From Eledone cirrhosa (taxonomy: Eukaryota): 64,000 bases of DNA. The notes beneath the pieces are model-generated. The model worked only from the letters and a program-made list of their open reading frames with translations. It did no database searches and had not been told where the DNA came from. Shown here piece after piece: positions 40,830 to 54,584 of the stretch. How positions within the stretch are numbered: the first letter of the stretch is position 1; each line of letters opens with the position of its first letter. Both the position numbers and the translations under genes were made by a program. The stretch covers positions 112,840,001-112,904,000 of the forward strand of contig OZ024744.1 of the NCBI GenBank assembly GCA_964016885.1, read 5' to 3'.

Positions 40830-43800
40830 TACACTACATTATACCACACAATGTAGACACTGGACTACTGACTACACTACACTGGACTACTTACTACACT
40901 GTACCACACTATGTAGACCCTGGACTACTTACTACACTACACTATACCACGCAATGTAGACCCTGGACTACTTACTACACTACACTCTACCACTCAATGA
41001 AGACCCTTGACTCCTTACTACGCTACACTGAACAACACAATGTAGACCCTGAACTACTTACTATACTACACTCTACCACACAATGTAGACTCTGGACTAC
41101 TTACTACACTGTACCTCAGTATGTAGACCCTGCACTACTTACTACACTACACTCTACCACATAATGTAGACACCGTACCACACAGTGTAGACGCTTGACT
41201 ATTTACTACACTACACTGTACCTCACAATGTAGATCCTGGACTACTTAATACACTACACTGTACCACACAAAGTAGATACTGGACTACTACTAAACTGTA
41301 CCACACAATGTAGCTTCTGGACTACTTACTACACTGTACCACACAATGTAGACCCTGAACTAGTTACTACAATACACTCTACCATACAATGTAGACCCTG
41401 GACTACTTATTACACTACACTGTACCACTCAATGTAGACCCTGGACTACTTACTACACTGTACCACACAATGTAGACCCTTTACTACTTACAACACTGTA
41501 CCACACAATGTAGACCCTGGACTACTTACTACACTACACTGTACCACACAATGTAGACACTGGACTACTTACTACACTGTACCACACGATGTAGACCCTT
41601 TACTACTTACAACAGTGTACCACACAATGTAGACCCTGGACTTCTTACTACACTGTACCACACAATGTAGACCCTTTACTACTTACAACAGTGTACCACA
41701 CAATGTAGACACTGGACTACTTACTACACTGTACCACACGATGTAGACCCTTTACTACTTACAACACTGTACCACACAATGTAGACCCTGGACTACTTAC
41801 TACACTACACTGTACCACACAATGTAGACACTGGACTACTTACTACACTGTACCACACGATGTAGACCCTTTACTACTTACAACAGTGTACCACACAATG
41901 TAGACGCTGGACTTCTTACTACACTGTACCACACGATGTAGACCCTTTACTACTTACAACAGTGTACCACACAATGTAGACACTGGACTACTTACTACAC
42001 TGTACCACACGATGTAGACCCTTTACTACTTACAACAGTGTACCACACAATGTAGACCCTGGACTACTTACTACACTGTACCACACAATGTAGACCCTTT
42101 ACTACTTACAACACTGTACCACACAATGTAGACCCTGGACTACTTACTACACTACACTGTACCACACAATGTAGACACTGGACTACTTACTACACTGTAC
42201 CACACGATGTAGACCCTTTACTACTTACAACACTGTACCACACAATGTAGACCCTGGACTACTTACTACACTACACTGTACCACACATTATAGTCCCTGC
42301 ACTACTTACTACACTACACTCTACCACACAATGTAGACACTGGACTACTTATTACACTACACTATACCACACAATGTAGACCCTGGATTACTTACTACAC
42401 TGTACCACTCAATGTAGACCCTGGATTACTTACTACACTATACCACACAATGTAGACCCTAGACTACTTACTACACTGTACCACACAATGTAGATACTGG
42501 ATGACTATTACGCTGTACTACACAATGTAGCTTTTGGACTACATACTACACTACACTGTACCACACAATGTAGAGACTGGACTACTTACTACACTATACT
42601 GTACCACACATTGTAGACCCTGGACTACTTACTACACTACATTGTACCACACAATTTAGACCCTGGACTACTTACTTCACTACACTATACCACACAATGT
42701 AGACCCTGGACTACTTACTACACTACACTGTACCACACAATGTAGACACTGGTCTACTTACTACACTGTACCACACAGTGTAGACACTGGACTACTTACT
42801 ACACTACATTGTACCACACAATGTAGACACTGGACTACTTACTTCACTACTATACCAGACAATGTAGACACTGGACTACTTACTACACTGTACCACACAA
42901 TGTAGACCCTTTACTACTTACTACACTGTACCACACAATGTAGACCCTGGACTAATTACTACACTGTACCACACAATGTAGACACTGGACTACTTACTAC
43001 ACTGTACCACACAATGTAGACCCTGGACTACTTACTACACTACACTGTACCACACAATGTAGATCCTGGACTACTTACTACACTACACTGTACCACACAA
43101 TGTAGACCCTGGACTACTTACTACACTACACTGTACCACACAATGTAGACCCTGGACTACTTACTACACTACACTGTACCACACAATGTAAACCCTGGAC
43201 TACTTACTACACTGTACCACACAATGTAGACCGTGGACTACTTACTACACTACACTGTACCACACAATGCAGACCCTGGACTACTTACTACACTGTACCA
43301 CACAATGTAGACCCTGGACTAATTACTACACTGTACCACACCTTGTAGGGACTGGACTACTTACTACACTACATGTACCACACAATGTAGACCCTGGACT
43401 ACTTACTACACTACACTGTACCACACATTATAGTCCCTGCACTACTTACTACACTACACTCTACAACACAATGTAGACACTGGACTACTTATTACACTAC
43501 ACTATACCACACAATGTAGACCCTGGATTACTTACTACACTGTACCACTCAATGTAGACCCTGGATTACTTACTACACTATACCACACAATGTAGACCTT
43601 AGACTACTTACTACACTGTACCACACAATGTAGATACTGGATGACTATTACGCTGTACTAGACAATGTAGCTTTTGGACTACATACTACCCTACACTGTA
43701 CCACACAATGTAGAGACTGGACTACTTACTATACTACACTGTACCACACAATGTAAACCCTGGACTACTTACTACACTACACTGCACCACACAATGTAAA

Positions 43801-46800
43801 CCCTGGACTAATTACTACACTGTACCACACAATGTAGACACTGGACTACTTACTACACTGTACCACACAATGTAGACCCTGGACTACTTACTACACTACA
43901 CTGTACCACACAATGTAGACCCTGGACTACTTACTACACTACACTGTACCACACAATGTAGACCCTGGACTACTTACTACACTACACTGTACCACACAAT
44001 GTAAACCCTGGACTACTTACTACACTACACTGTACCACACAATGTAAACCCTGGACTACTTACTACACTGTACCACACAATGTAGACCCTGGACTACTTA
44101 CTACACTACACTGTACCACACAATGTAGACCCTGGACTAATTACTACACTGTACCACACCTTGTAGGGACTGGACTACTTACTACACTACATGTACCACA
44201 CAATGTAGACCCTGGACTACTTACTACACTGTACCACACAATGTAGACCCTGGACTACTTACTACACTACACTGTACCACACAATGTAAACCCTGGACTA
44301 ATTACTACACTGTACCACACAATGTAGACACTGGACTACTTACTACACTGTACCACACAATGTAGACACTGGACTACTTACTACACTGTACCACACAATG
44401 TAGACACTGGACTACTTACTACACTACACTGTACCACACAATGTAAACCCTGGACTACTTACTACACTACACTGTACCACACAATGGAGACACTGGAATA
44501 CTTACTACACTACACTGTACCACACAATGTAAACACTGGACTACTTACTACACTACACTGTACCACACAATGTAGACACTGGACTACTTACTACACTGTA
44601 CCACACAATGTAGACACTGGACTACTTACTACACTACACTGTACCACACAATGTAAACCCTGGACTAATTACTACACTGTACCACACACTGTAGACACTG
44701 GACTACTTACTACACTGTACCACACAATGTAGACACTGGACTACTTACTACACTGTACCACACAATGTAGACACTGGACTACTTACTACACTGTACCACA
44801 CAATGTAGACCCTCGACTACTTACTACACTGTACCAAACAATGTAGACCCAGGACTACTTACTATACTACACTGTACCACACAATGTAGACCATGGACTA
44901 CTTTTTACACTACACTGTGCCACACAATATTGACCGTGGACTACTTACTACACTACACTGTACCACTCAATGTAGACACTGGACTACTTACTACACTGTA
45001 CCACAATGTAGACCCTGGACCACTTACTACACTACATTGTACCACTCAATGTAGACACTGGACTACTTACTACACTGTACCACACAATGTAGACCCTGGA
45101 CTACTTACTACACTACACTGTACCACACAATGTAGACCCTGGACTACTTACTACACTACACTGTACCACACAATGTAAACCCTGGACTACTTACTACACT
45201 ACACTGTACCACACAATGTAAACCCTGGACTACTTACTACACTGTACCACACAATGTAGACCCTGGACTACTTACTACACTACACTGTACCACACAATGT
45301 AGACCCTTGACTACTTACCACACTGTACCACACAATGTAGACCCTGAACTAATTACTACACTGTACCACACCTTGTAGGGACTGGACTACTTACTACACT
45401 ACATGTACCACACAATGTAAACCCTGGACTACTTACTACACTGTACCACTCAATGTAGACACTGGACTACTTACTACACTGTACCACACAATGTAAACCC
45501 TGGACTACTTACTACACTACACTGTACCACACAATGTAAACCCTGGACTACTTACTTACTACACTGTACCACACAATGTAGACCCTGGACTACTTACTAC
45601 ACTACACCGTACCACACAATGTAGACCCTGGACTACTTACTACACTACACTGTACCACACAATGTAAACCCTGGACTAATTACTACACTGTACCACACAA
45701 TGTAGACACTGGACTACTTACTACACTGTACCACACAATGTAGACACTGGACTACTTACTACACTGTACCACACAATGTAGACCCTGGACTACTTACTAC
45801 ACTACACTGTACCACACAATGTAGACCCTGGACTACTTACTACACTACACTGTACCACACAATGTAGACACTGGACTACTGACTACACTACACTGGACTA
45901 CTTACTACACTGTACCACACTATGTAGACCCTGGACTACTTACTACACTACACTATACCACGCAATGTAGACCCTGGACTACTTACTACACTACACTCTA
46001 CCACTCAATGAAGACCCTTGACTCCTTACTACGCTACACTGAACAACACAATGTAGACCCTGAACTACTTACTATACTACACTCTACCACACAATGTAGA
46101 CTCTGGACTACTTACTACACTGTACCTCAGTATGTAGACCCTGCACTACTTACTACACTACACTCTACCACATAATGTAGACACCGTACCACACAGTGTA
46201 GACGCTTGACTATTTACTACACTACACTGTACCTCACAATGTAGATCCTGGACTACTTAATACACTACACTGTACCACACAAAGTAGATACTGGACTACT
46301 ACTAAACTGTACCACACAATGTAGCTTCTGGACTACTTACTACACTGTACCACACAATGTAGACCCTGAACTAGTTACTACAATACACTCTACCATACAA
46401 TGTAGACCCTGGACTACTTATTACACTACACTGTACCACTCAATGTAGACCCTGGACTACTTACTACACTGTACCACACAATGTAGACCCTTTACTACTT
46501 ACAACACTGTACCACACAATGTAGACCCTGGACTACTTACTACACTACACTGTACCACACAATGTAGACACTGGACTACTTACTACACTGTACCACACGA
46601 TGTAGACCCTTTACTACTTACAACAGTGTACCACACAATGTAGACCCTGGACTTCTTACTACACTGTACCACACAATGTAGACCCTTTACTACTTACAAC
46701 AGTGTACCACACAATGTAGACACTGGACTACTTACTACACTGTACCACACGATGTAGACCCTTTACTACTTACAACACTGTACCACACAATGTAGACCCT

Positions 46801-49800
46801 GGACTACTTACTACACTACACTGTACCACACAATGTAGACACTGGACTACTTACTACACTGTACCACACGATGTAGACCCTTTACTACTTACAACAGTGT
46901 ACCACACAATGTAGACGCTGGACTTCTTACTACACTGTACCACACGATGTAGACCCTTTACTACTTACAACAGTGTACCACACAATGTAGACACTGGACT
47001 ACTTACTACACTGTACCAAACGATGTAGACCCTTTACTACTTACAACAGTGTACCACACAATGTAGACCCTGGACTACTTACTACACTGTACCACACAAT
47101 GTAGACCCTTTACTACTTACAACACTGTACCACACAATGTAGACCCTGGACTACTTACTACACTACACTGTACCACACAATGTAGACACTGGACTACTTA
47201 CTACACTGTACCACACGATGTAGACCCTTTACTACTTACAACACTGTACCACACAATGTAGACCCTGGACTACTTACTACACTACACTGTACCACACATT
47301 ATAGTCCCTGCACTACTTACTACACTACACTCTACCACACAATGTAGACACTGGACTACTTATTACACTACACTATACCACACAATGTAGACCCTGGATT
47401 ACTTACTACACTGTACCACTCAATGTAGACCCTGGATTACTTACTACACTATACCACACAATGTAGACCCTAGACTACTTACTACACTGTATCACACAAT
47501 GTAGATACTGGATGACTATTACGCTGTACTACACAATGTAGCTTTTGGACTACATACTACACTACACTGTACCACACAATGTAGAGACTGGACTACTTAC
47601 TACACTATACTGTACCACACATTGTAGACCCTGGACTACTTACTACACTACATTGTACCACACAATTTAGACCCTGGACTACTTACTTCACTACACTATA
47701 CCACACAATGTAGACCCTGGACTACTTACTACACTACACTGTACCACACAATGTAGACACTGGTCTACTTACTACACTGTACCACAAAGTGTAGACACTG
47801 GACTACTTACTACACTACATTGTACCACACAATGTAGACACTGGACTACTTACTTCACTACTATACCAGACAATGTAGACACTGGACTACTTACTACACT
47901 GTACCACACAATGTAGACCCTTTACTACTTACTACACTGTACCACACAATGTAGACCCTGGACTAATTACTACACTGTACCACACAATGTAGACACTGGA
48001 CTACTTACTACACTGTACCACACAATGTAGACCCTGGACTACTTACTACACTACACTGTACCACACAATGTAGACCCTGGACTACTTACTACACTACACT
48101 GTACCACACAATGTAGACCCTGGACTACTTACTACACTACACTGTACCACACAATGTAGACCCTGGACTACTTACTACACTACACTGTACCACACAATGT
48201 AAACCCTGGACTACTTACTACACTGTACCACACAATGTAGACCGTGGACTACTTACTACACTACACTGTACCACACAATGCAGACCCTGGACTACTTACT
48301 ACACTGTACCACACAATGTAGACCCTGGACTAATTACTACACTGTACCACACCTTGTAGGGACTGGACTACTTACTACACTACATGTACCACACAATGTA
48401 GACCCTGGACTACTTACTACACTACACTGTACCACACATTATAGTCCCTGCACTACTTACTACACTACACTCTACAACACAATGTAGACACTGGACTACT
48501 TATTACACTACACTATACCACACAATGTAGACCCTGGATTACTTACTACACTGTACCACTCAATGTAGACCCTGGATTACTTACTACACTATACCACACA
48601 ATGTAGACCTTAGACTACTTACTACACTGTACCACACAATGTAGATACTGGATGACTATTACGCTGTACTAGACAATGTAGCTTTTGGACTACATACTAC
48701 CCTACACTGTACCACACAATGTAGAGACTGGACTACTTACTATACTACACTGTACCACACAATGTAAACCCTGGACTACTTACTACACTACACTGCACCA
48801 CACAATGTAAACCCTGGACTAATTACTACACTGTACCACACAATGTAGACACTGGACTACTTACTACACTGTACCACACAATGTAGACCCTGGACTACTT
48901 ACTACACTACACTGTACCACACAATGTAGACCCTGGACTACTTACTACACTACACTGTACCACACAATGTAAACCCTGGACTACTTACTACACTACACTG
49001 TACCACACAATGTAAACCCTGGACTACTTACTACACTGTACCACACAATGTAGACCCTGGACTACTTACTACACTACACTGTACCACACAATGTAGACCC
49101 TGGACTAATTACTACACTGTACCACACCTTGTAGGGACTGGACTACTTACTACACTACATGTACCACACAATGTAGACCCTGGACTACTTACTACACTGT
49201 ACCACACAATGTAGACCCTGGACTACTTACTACACTACACTGTACCACACAATGTAAACCCTGGACTAATTACTACACTGTACCACACAATGTAGACACT
49301 GGACTACTTACTACACTGTACCACACAATGTAGACACTGGACTACTTACTACACTGTACCACACAATGTAGACACTGGACTACTTACTACACTACACTGT
49401 ACCACACAATGTAAACCCTGGACTACTTACTACACTACACTGTACCACACAATGGAGACACTGGAATACTTACTACACTACACTGTACCACACAATGTAA
49501 ACACTGGACTACTTACTACACTACACTGTACCACACAATGTAGACACTGGACTACTTACTACACTGTACCACACAATGTAGACACTGGACTACTTACTAC
49601 ACTACACTGTACCACACAATGTAAACCCTGGACTAATTACTACACTGTACCACACACTGTAGACACTGGACTACTTACTACACTGTACCACACAATGTAG
49701 ACACTGGACTACTTACTACACTGTACCACACAATGTAGACACTGGACTACTTACTACACTGTACCACACAATGTAGACCCTCGACTACTTACTACACTGT

Positions 49801-50810
49801 ACCAAACAATGTAGACCCAGGACTACTTACTATACTACACTGTACCACACAATGTAGACCATGGACTACTTTTTACACTACACTGTGCCACACAATATTG
49901 ACCGTGGACTACTTACTACACTACACTGTACCACTCAATGTAGACACTGGACTACTTACTACACTGTACCACAATGTAGACCCTGGACCACTTACTACAC
50001 TACATTGTACCACTCAATGTAGACACTGGACTACTTACTACACTGTACCACACAATGTAGACCCTGGACTACTTACTACACTACACTGTACCACACAATG
50101 TAGACCCTGGACTACTTACTACACTACACTGTACCACACAATGTAAACCCTGGACTACTTACTACACTACACTGTACCACACAATGTAAACCCTGGACTA
50201 CTTACTACACTGTACCACACAATGTAGACCCTGGACTACTTACTACACTACACTGTACCACACAATGTAGACCCTTGACTACTTACCACACTGTACCACA
50301 CAATGTAGACCCTGAACTAATTACTACACTGTACCACACCTTGTAGGGACTGGACTACTTACTACACTACATGTACCACACAATGTAAACCCTGGACTAC
50401 TTACTACACTGTACCACTCAATGTAGACACTGGACTACTTACTACACTGTACCACACAATGTAAACCCTGGACTACTTACTACACTACACTGTACCACAC
50501 AATGTAAACCCTGGACTACTTACTTACTACACTGTACCACACAATGTAGACCCTGGACTACTTACTACACTACACCGTACCACACAATGTAGACCCTGGA
50601 CTACTTACTACACTACACTGTACCACACAATGTAAACCCTGGACTAATTACTACACTGTACCACACAATGTAGACACTGGACTACTTACTACACTGTACC
50701 ACACAATGTAGACACTGGACTACTTACTACACTGTACCACACAATGTAGACCCTGGACTACTTACTACACTACACTGTACCACACAATGTAGACCCTGGA
50801 CTACTTACTA
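40830..50810. repeat. ~5-kb higher-order tandem duplication within the satellite
   Basis: Diagnostic variants recur at offset 5011 (40861/45872; ORFs 43267/48278) and then 4968 (44484/49452; 44930/49898); the two offsets differ by one 43-mer. Confidence 0.92.
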
Positions 50811-51759
50811 CACTACACTGTACCACACAATGTAAACCCTGGACTACTTACTACACTACACTGTACCACACAATGTAGACCCTTGACTACTTACTACACT
50901 GTACCACACAATGTAGACCCTGCACTACTTACTACACTGTACCACACAATGTAGACACTGGACTACTACACTACACTGTACCACACAATGTAGACACTGG
51001 ACTACTACACTACACTGTACCACACAATGTAGACACTGGACTACTTACTACACTGTACCACACAATGTAGACCCTGGACTACTTACTATACTACACTATA
51101 CCACACAATGTAGATCCTGAACTACTTACTACACTACACTGTACCACACAATTTTAACCCTGGACTACTTACTACACTACACTGTACCACACAATGTAGA
51201 CCCTGGACTACTTACTACACTACACTGTACCACACAATGTAAACCCTGGACTGCTTACTACACTACACTGTACCACACAATGTAGACCCTGGACTACTTA
51301 CTACACTGTACCACACAATGTAGACCCTGCACTACTTACTACACTGTACCACACAATGTAGACACTGGACTACTACACTACACTGTACCACACAATGTAG
51401 ACACTGGACTACTACACTACACTGTACCACACAATGTAGACACTGGACTACTTACTACACTGTACCACACAATGTAGACCCTGGACTACTTACTATACTA
51501 CACTATACCACACAATGTAGATCCTGAACTACTTACTACACTACACTGTACCACACAATGTAGACCCTGGACTACTTACTACACTACACTGTACCACACA
51601 ATGTAGACACTGGGCTACTTACTACACTACACTGTACCACACAATGTGGACACTGGACTACTTACTACACTACACTGTACCACACAATGTAGACCCTGGA
51701 CTACTTACTACACTGTACCACACAATGTAGACCCTGGACTACTTACTACACTACACTTT

Positions 51760-52110
51760 CATGTAGCATTGCTGTTCTGACCTGGGATCATACAACATTT
51801 ATCTAGAGTGGTTAACGTTTTTTAGCCAGCAGTGACTAGCTAAAATTTGTTCTGTAATTCTTTCATAGATTCAATCACAAGCATCAGCTCTCCAGCATAT
51901 AGGTATTACCATGGGTAACCTGTTTTAAACCCTTCGGCCTTAGGCTGCAGAACAATAATGAAGAGGAGGGGCTAAGTACATAATCCTGATGGACCCCACT
52001 TGTATACTGCATTGGTTGCCCCTCTGTACATGTTTTGTACCACCCTCATGAACTGCTCATCTACCCCTACCTTTCTGAGAGTCCACCAGATTATGGAGGG
52101 AATCAATAAT
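51760..52110 (-). mobile_element. Decayed RTE reverse transcriptase fragment abutting the satellite
   Basis: IWWTLRKVGVDEQFMRVVQNMY followed by VGVHQ..VLSP; 'catgtagcattgctgttc' matches the RTE at ~59572. Confidence 0.75.
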
Positions 52111-52152
52111 CTTTCTCTCTCTTTATATATATATATATATATAAATATATAT

Positions 52153-52289
<137 letters not shown>

Positions 52290-52631
52290 TAGCAGGTATA
52301 AATAGATTATTGATTTGGTTTTTGACCAGATGAGTTCACCAAATATAACAGGATTTTAAATTTTTGTTGTGTTGTTGAATAAATTGTTCAGTTGGTTAAT
52401 GTAGCATGGCAGGAATTTGCATCAGTAACCATTGATGAGTGAATTAAGTTGCTCTTTCCCATATAAAGCGCTGTGTTGAAAGCTGTAGTGAATGAATAAA
52501 CAGGAGCTGCTACTGAAATAATTTTATTAATCAATAACTTGCTTTGAAGTTATTGTGATAATATAAGAAAAGCAATAATAGTCACAGTAAAATTGTGTTT
52601 GTGTGATGATTTTCTGTAGATATTTGTAGTA

Positions 52632-52790
52632 GAGGGCAGCTTATTGGCAGATTCGTTAGAACATCACATAGAATGCTTTGTAATATTCATTTTGACTCTC
52701 TGCTTTCTGAGTTCAAATCCTGCCAAGGTCAACTTTGCCTTTCATACATTCAAGGTTGATAAAAAAAAAAGTACCAGTCAAGTACTGGGT
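52632..52790 (+). mobile_element. Older SINE family B relative
   Basis: 'ttggcagattcgttaga...ctgagttcaaatcctgccaaggtcaactttgcctttcat...gtaccagt'. Confidence 0.78.
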
Positions 52791-52919
52791 GGATTCTTCC
52801 TCTATATCTCTTTCTCACTTCCATTTTCTCACTTTCTCTGGAAAAAACCTGCTGTATTCACACCAGGAAAGGATTGATCTTTGCCAGATTTTAAGAGTGC
52901 TCTAGAAATGGTGTATGTT

Positions 52920-53640
52920 AATATAGCATGCCTACAACTCCTGGCCTTACTCAGGTGTCTTCACTCACTGGCGTAAAAGGCTGAGATCCCAATGTGTAGG
53001 ACTAAGTCTATTGAGAAATACATTGTTCTATGTCTTTCGTGAACTCCAGCAAACTGCTTAGTGGTAGGCCCCTCAACTCTACAGGCCTTCATGGTTTGTC
53101 ATGCCACCTAAATACTAGCTGTTTCAATCACCATAGTGAGCTAAAATTACTTATTAAGCAAGCCCTAGCTCAATTCTGGAGACAACTGGATTATCCAGAA
53201 TTGATGGGAAAAGACCAGATGGTCTTACCTTTTGTCCCTGAGTAAGAAGAGGCAGATGTCTCATCCCGGGATGCCACAGTCAGTGACTCTTTTGCACCCT
53301 CCCATATGAATACCCTGGTAAATGTGAGGGTCACCACCTCCATTGCTGAACAGAATAAAATCCTAAAATACCGGGAATTATCAACAAACTATTTATTCCA
53401 GCCTGTGACATTCGAGACATTTGGAGGAGCTGGGCCACTGACAGCGGAGTTCTTGTCATTACCGTACTGAGGTGTGAGGTGATGTATGTGAGGGTGCCTG
53501 CTTGTTCCAGTGTCATAGCCTCGCTATCACCCAGCCTTTCCATCAGGTGACGATCCTGTTGAGGGCACTTGGTTGTTCTATCACCTTAGCATCACTATCA
53601 CCCACGATAATGCTGCCAGTATGTTAGATTACTTTAAAAA
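52920..53640 (+). mobile_element. CRE-clade non-LTR retrotransposon 3' remnant (restriction-like endonuclease)
   Basis: Broken frames give GLHGLSC, DGKRPDGLTF, DATVSDSFAPSH, KILKYRELSTNYLFQPVTFETFG and HLSITITHDNAASML. Confidence 0.75.
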
Positions 53641-53829
53641 GTATTAGAGGAAAGCTCTGGCACCCCATGTGGTGTCTGACTGATTGACACACATTACATA
53701 GTGTTGACTTAATATTTTCTTTCCTGTAATTAAGTAATAGAGAGCTGTGTGTATGCGTTGAATTTTGACAACTATGCCATTTGTCTTTGTAATTTCAGTT
53801 TAAATAAATTTTCAGCATATTTATTTGGG

Positions 53830-54026
53830 GAAAGTGGTTGTGTAGGTGTCACGATAAAAAGCAGCCAATCCACTCTGTAAAGTGGTTGGCATTAGGAAAG
53901 GCTGTAGAAACCAAACCAGAAACAGTTCTGTATGAGGAAGACACAGTTATCTGGGATAACTCGTCTAACCCATTCTAGTGTGGAAAATGGATGTTAAACG
54001 ATGATGATGATGATGATGATGATGAT
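53830..54026 (+). mobile_element. RTE-type 3' tail fragment
   Basis: 'cactctgtaaagtggttggcattaggaaaggctgtagaaa...ggatgttaaacg(atg)n'; ends 35 nt before the exon acceptor. Confidence 0.8.
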
Positions 54027-54061
54027 ACATTTATGTATATATATCTTTTATATCTTTCCAG

Positions 54062-54122
54062 CAATATGTCTAACCGGTTGTCATCCCATTCAAGGATCAT
54101 GTGACAAACCCGGAGAATGCAA
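54062..54122 (+). CDS. Internal 61-nt exon of a DSL-family Notch ligand (Delta or Serrate/Jagged), first EGF/DOS repeat
   Basis: Polypyrimidine acceptor 'tcttttatatctttccag' ends at 54061 and donor 'gtaagt' starts at 54123. The phase-1 to phase-2 exon translates (x)ICLTGCHPIQGSCDKPGECK, matching Delta-like 'PICLPGC...GFCDKPGECK' and Jagged 'AICRQGCSPKHGSC..PG.C'. From recall, the equivalent vertebrate exon is also 61 nt. Delta versus Jagged cannot be resolved. Confidence 0.88.
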
Positions 54123-54160
54123 GTAAGTTCAACATTTTAGATTCCCTTGTTGTATGTATG

Positions 54161-54213
<53 letters not shown>

Positions 54214-54584
54214 CATTGAGGTGATCCATATCTTGATATATATGACTTAAGATGATTTATAATTCAATTTTTTAAATATAAATACACACACACATATCAG
54301 GATAGAACCAGTTTAAAACTGGTTAGGCCATTACTCCATTAAGTACTCAATATGTGGGATAGTAGAGTATGGTTATATTATAAAGAGTCAGGGACAACGG
54401 CTGACTGTTGCTGCTTCAACAGATAGTTTCAGACTGGTCTGAAACTACTTGTTGAAATGGGAAGAGCTGTATTTACTGATGCTATGTCTCTGCTACCTCA
54501 ATGAAATAAAAACAAATTCTTTTAGAATTTAGCAGTTGAAGAACAGGGTATAGATAAGTCAGAGTGATAAATTGATGCGCCAAC

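Larger units (their letters stand above)
16415..51757. repeat. Satellite array of interspersed 38-bp and 43-bp monomers (roughly 800 monomers) with higher-order duplications
   Basis: Consensus ACTACTTACTACACT(ACACT)GTACCACACAATGTAGAC(C/A)CTGG, uninterrupted apart from 28801-30803; single orientation; + strand is A/C-rich and G-poor. Confidence 0.98.

Noticed and set aside
16415-51757. CRISPR-like array, or a repetitive Cys/His/Thr protein gene
   Set aside because: There are no unique spacers and no cas genes; the short ORFs arise where variants remove the TAG in 'tgtagac'.
13447-52110. Idea that the satellite lies inside one continuous RTE copy
   Set aside because: The minus-strand order is RT, satellite, APE, C-terminus, which is not colinear, so at least two RTE copies are involved.
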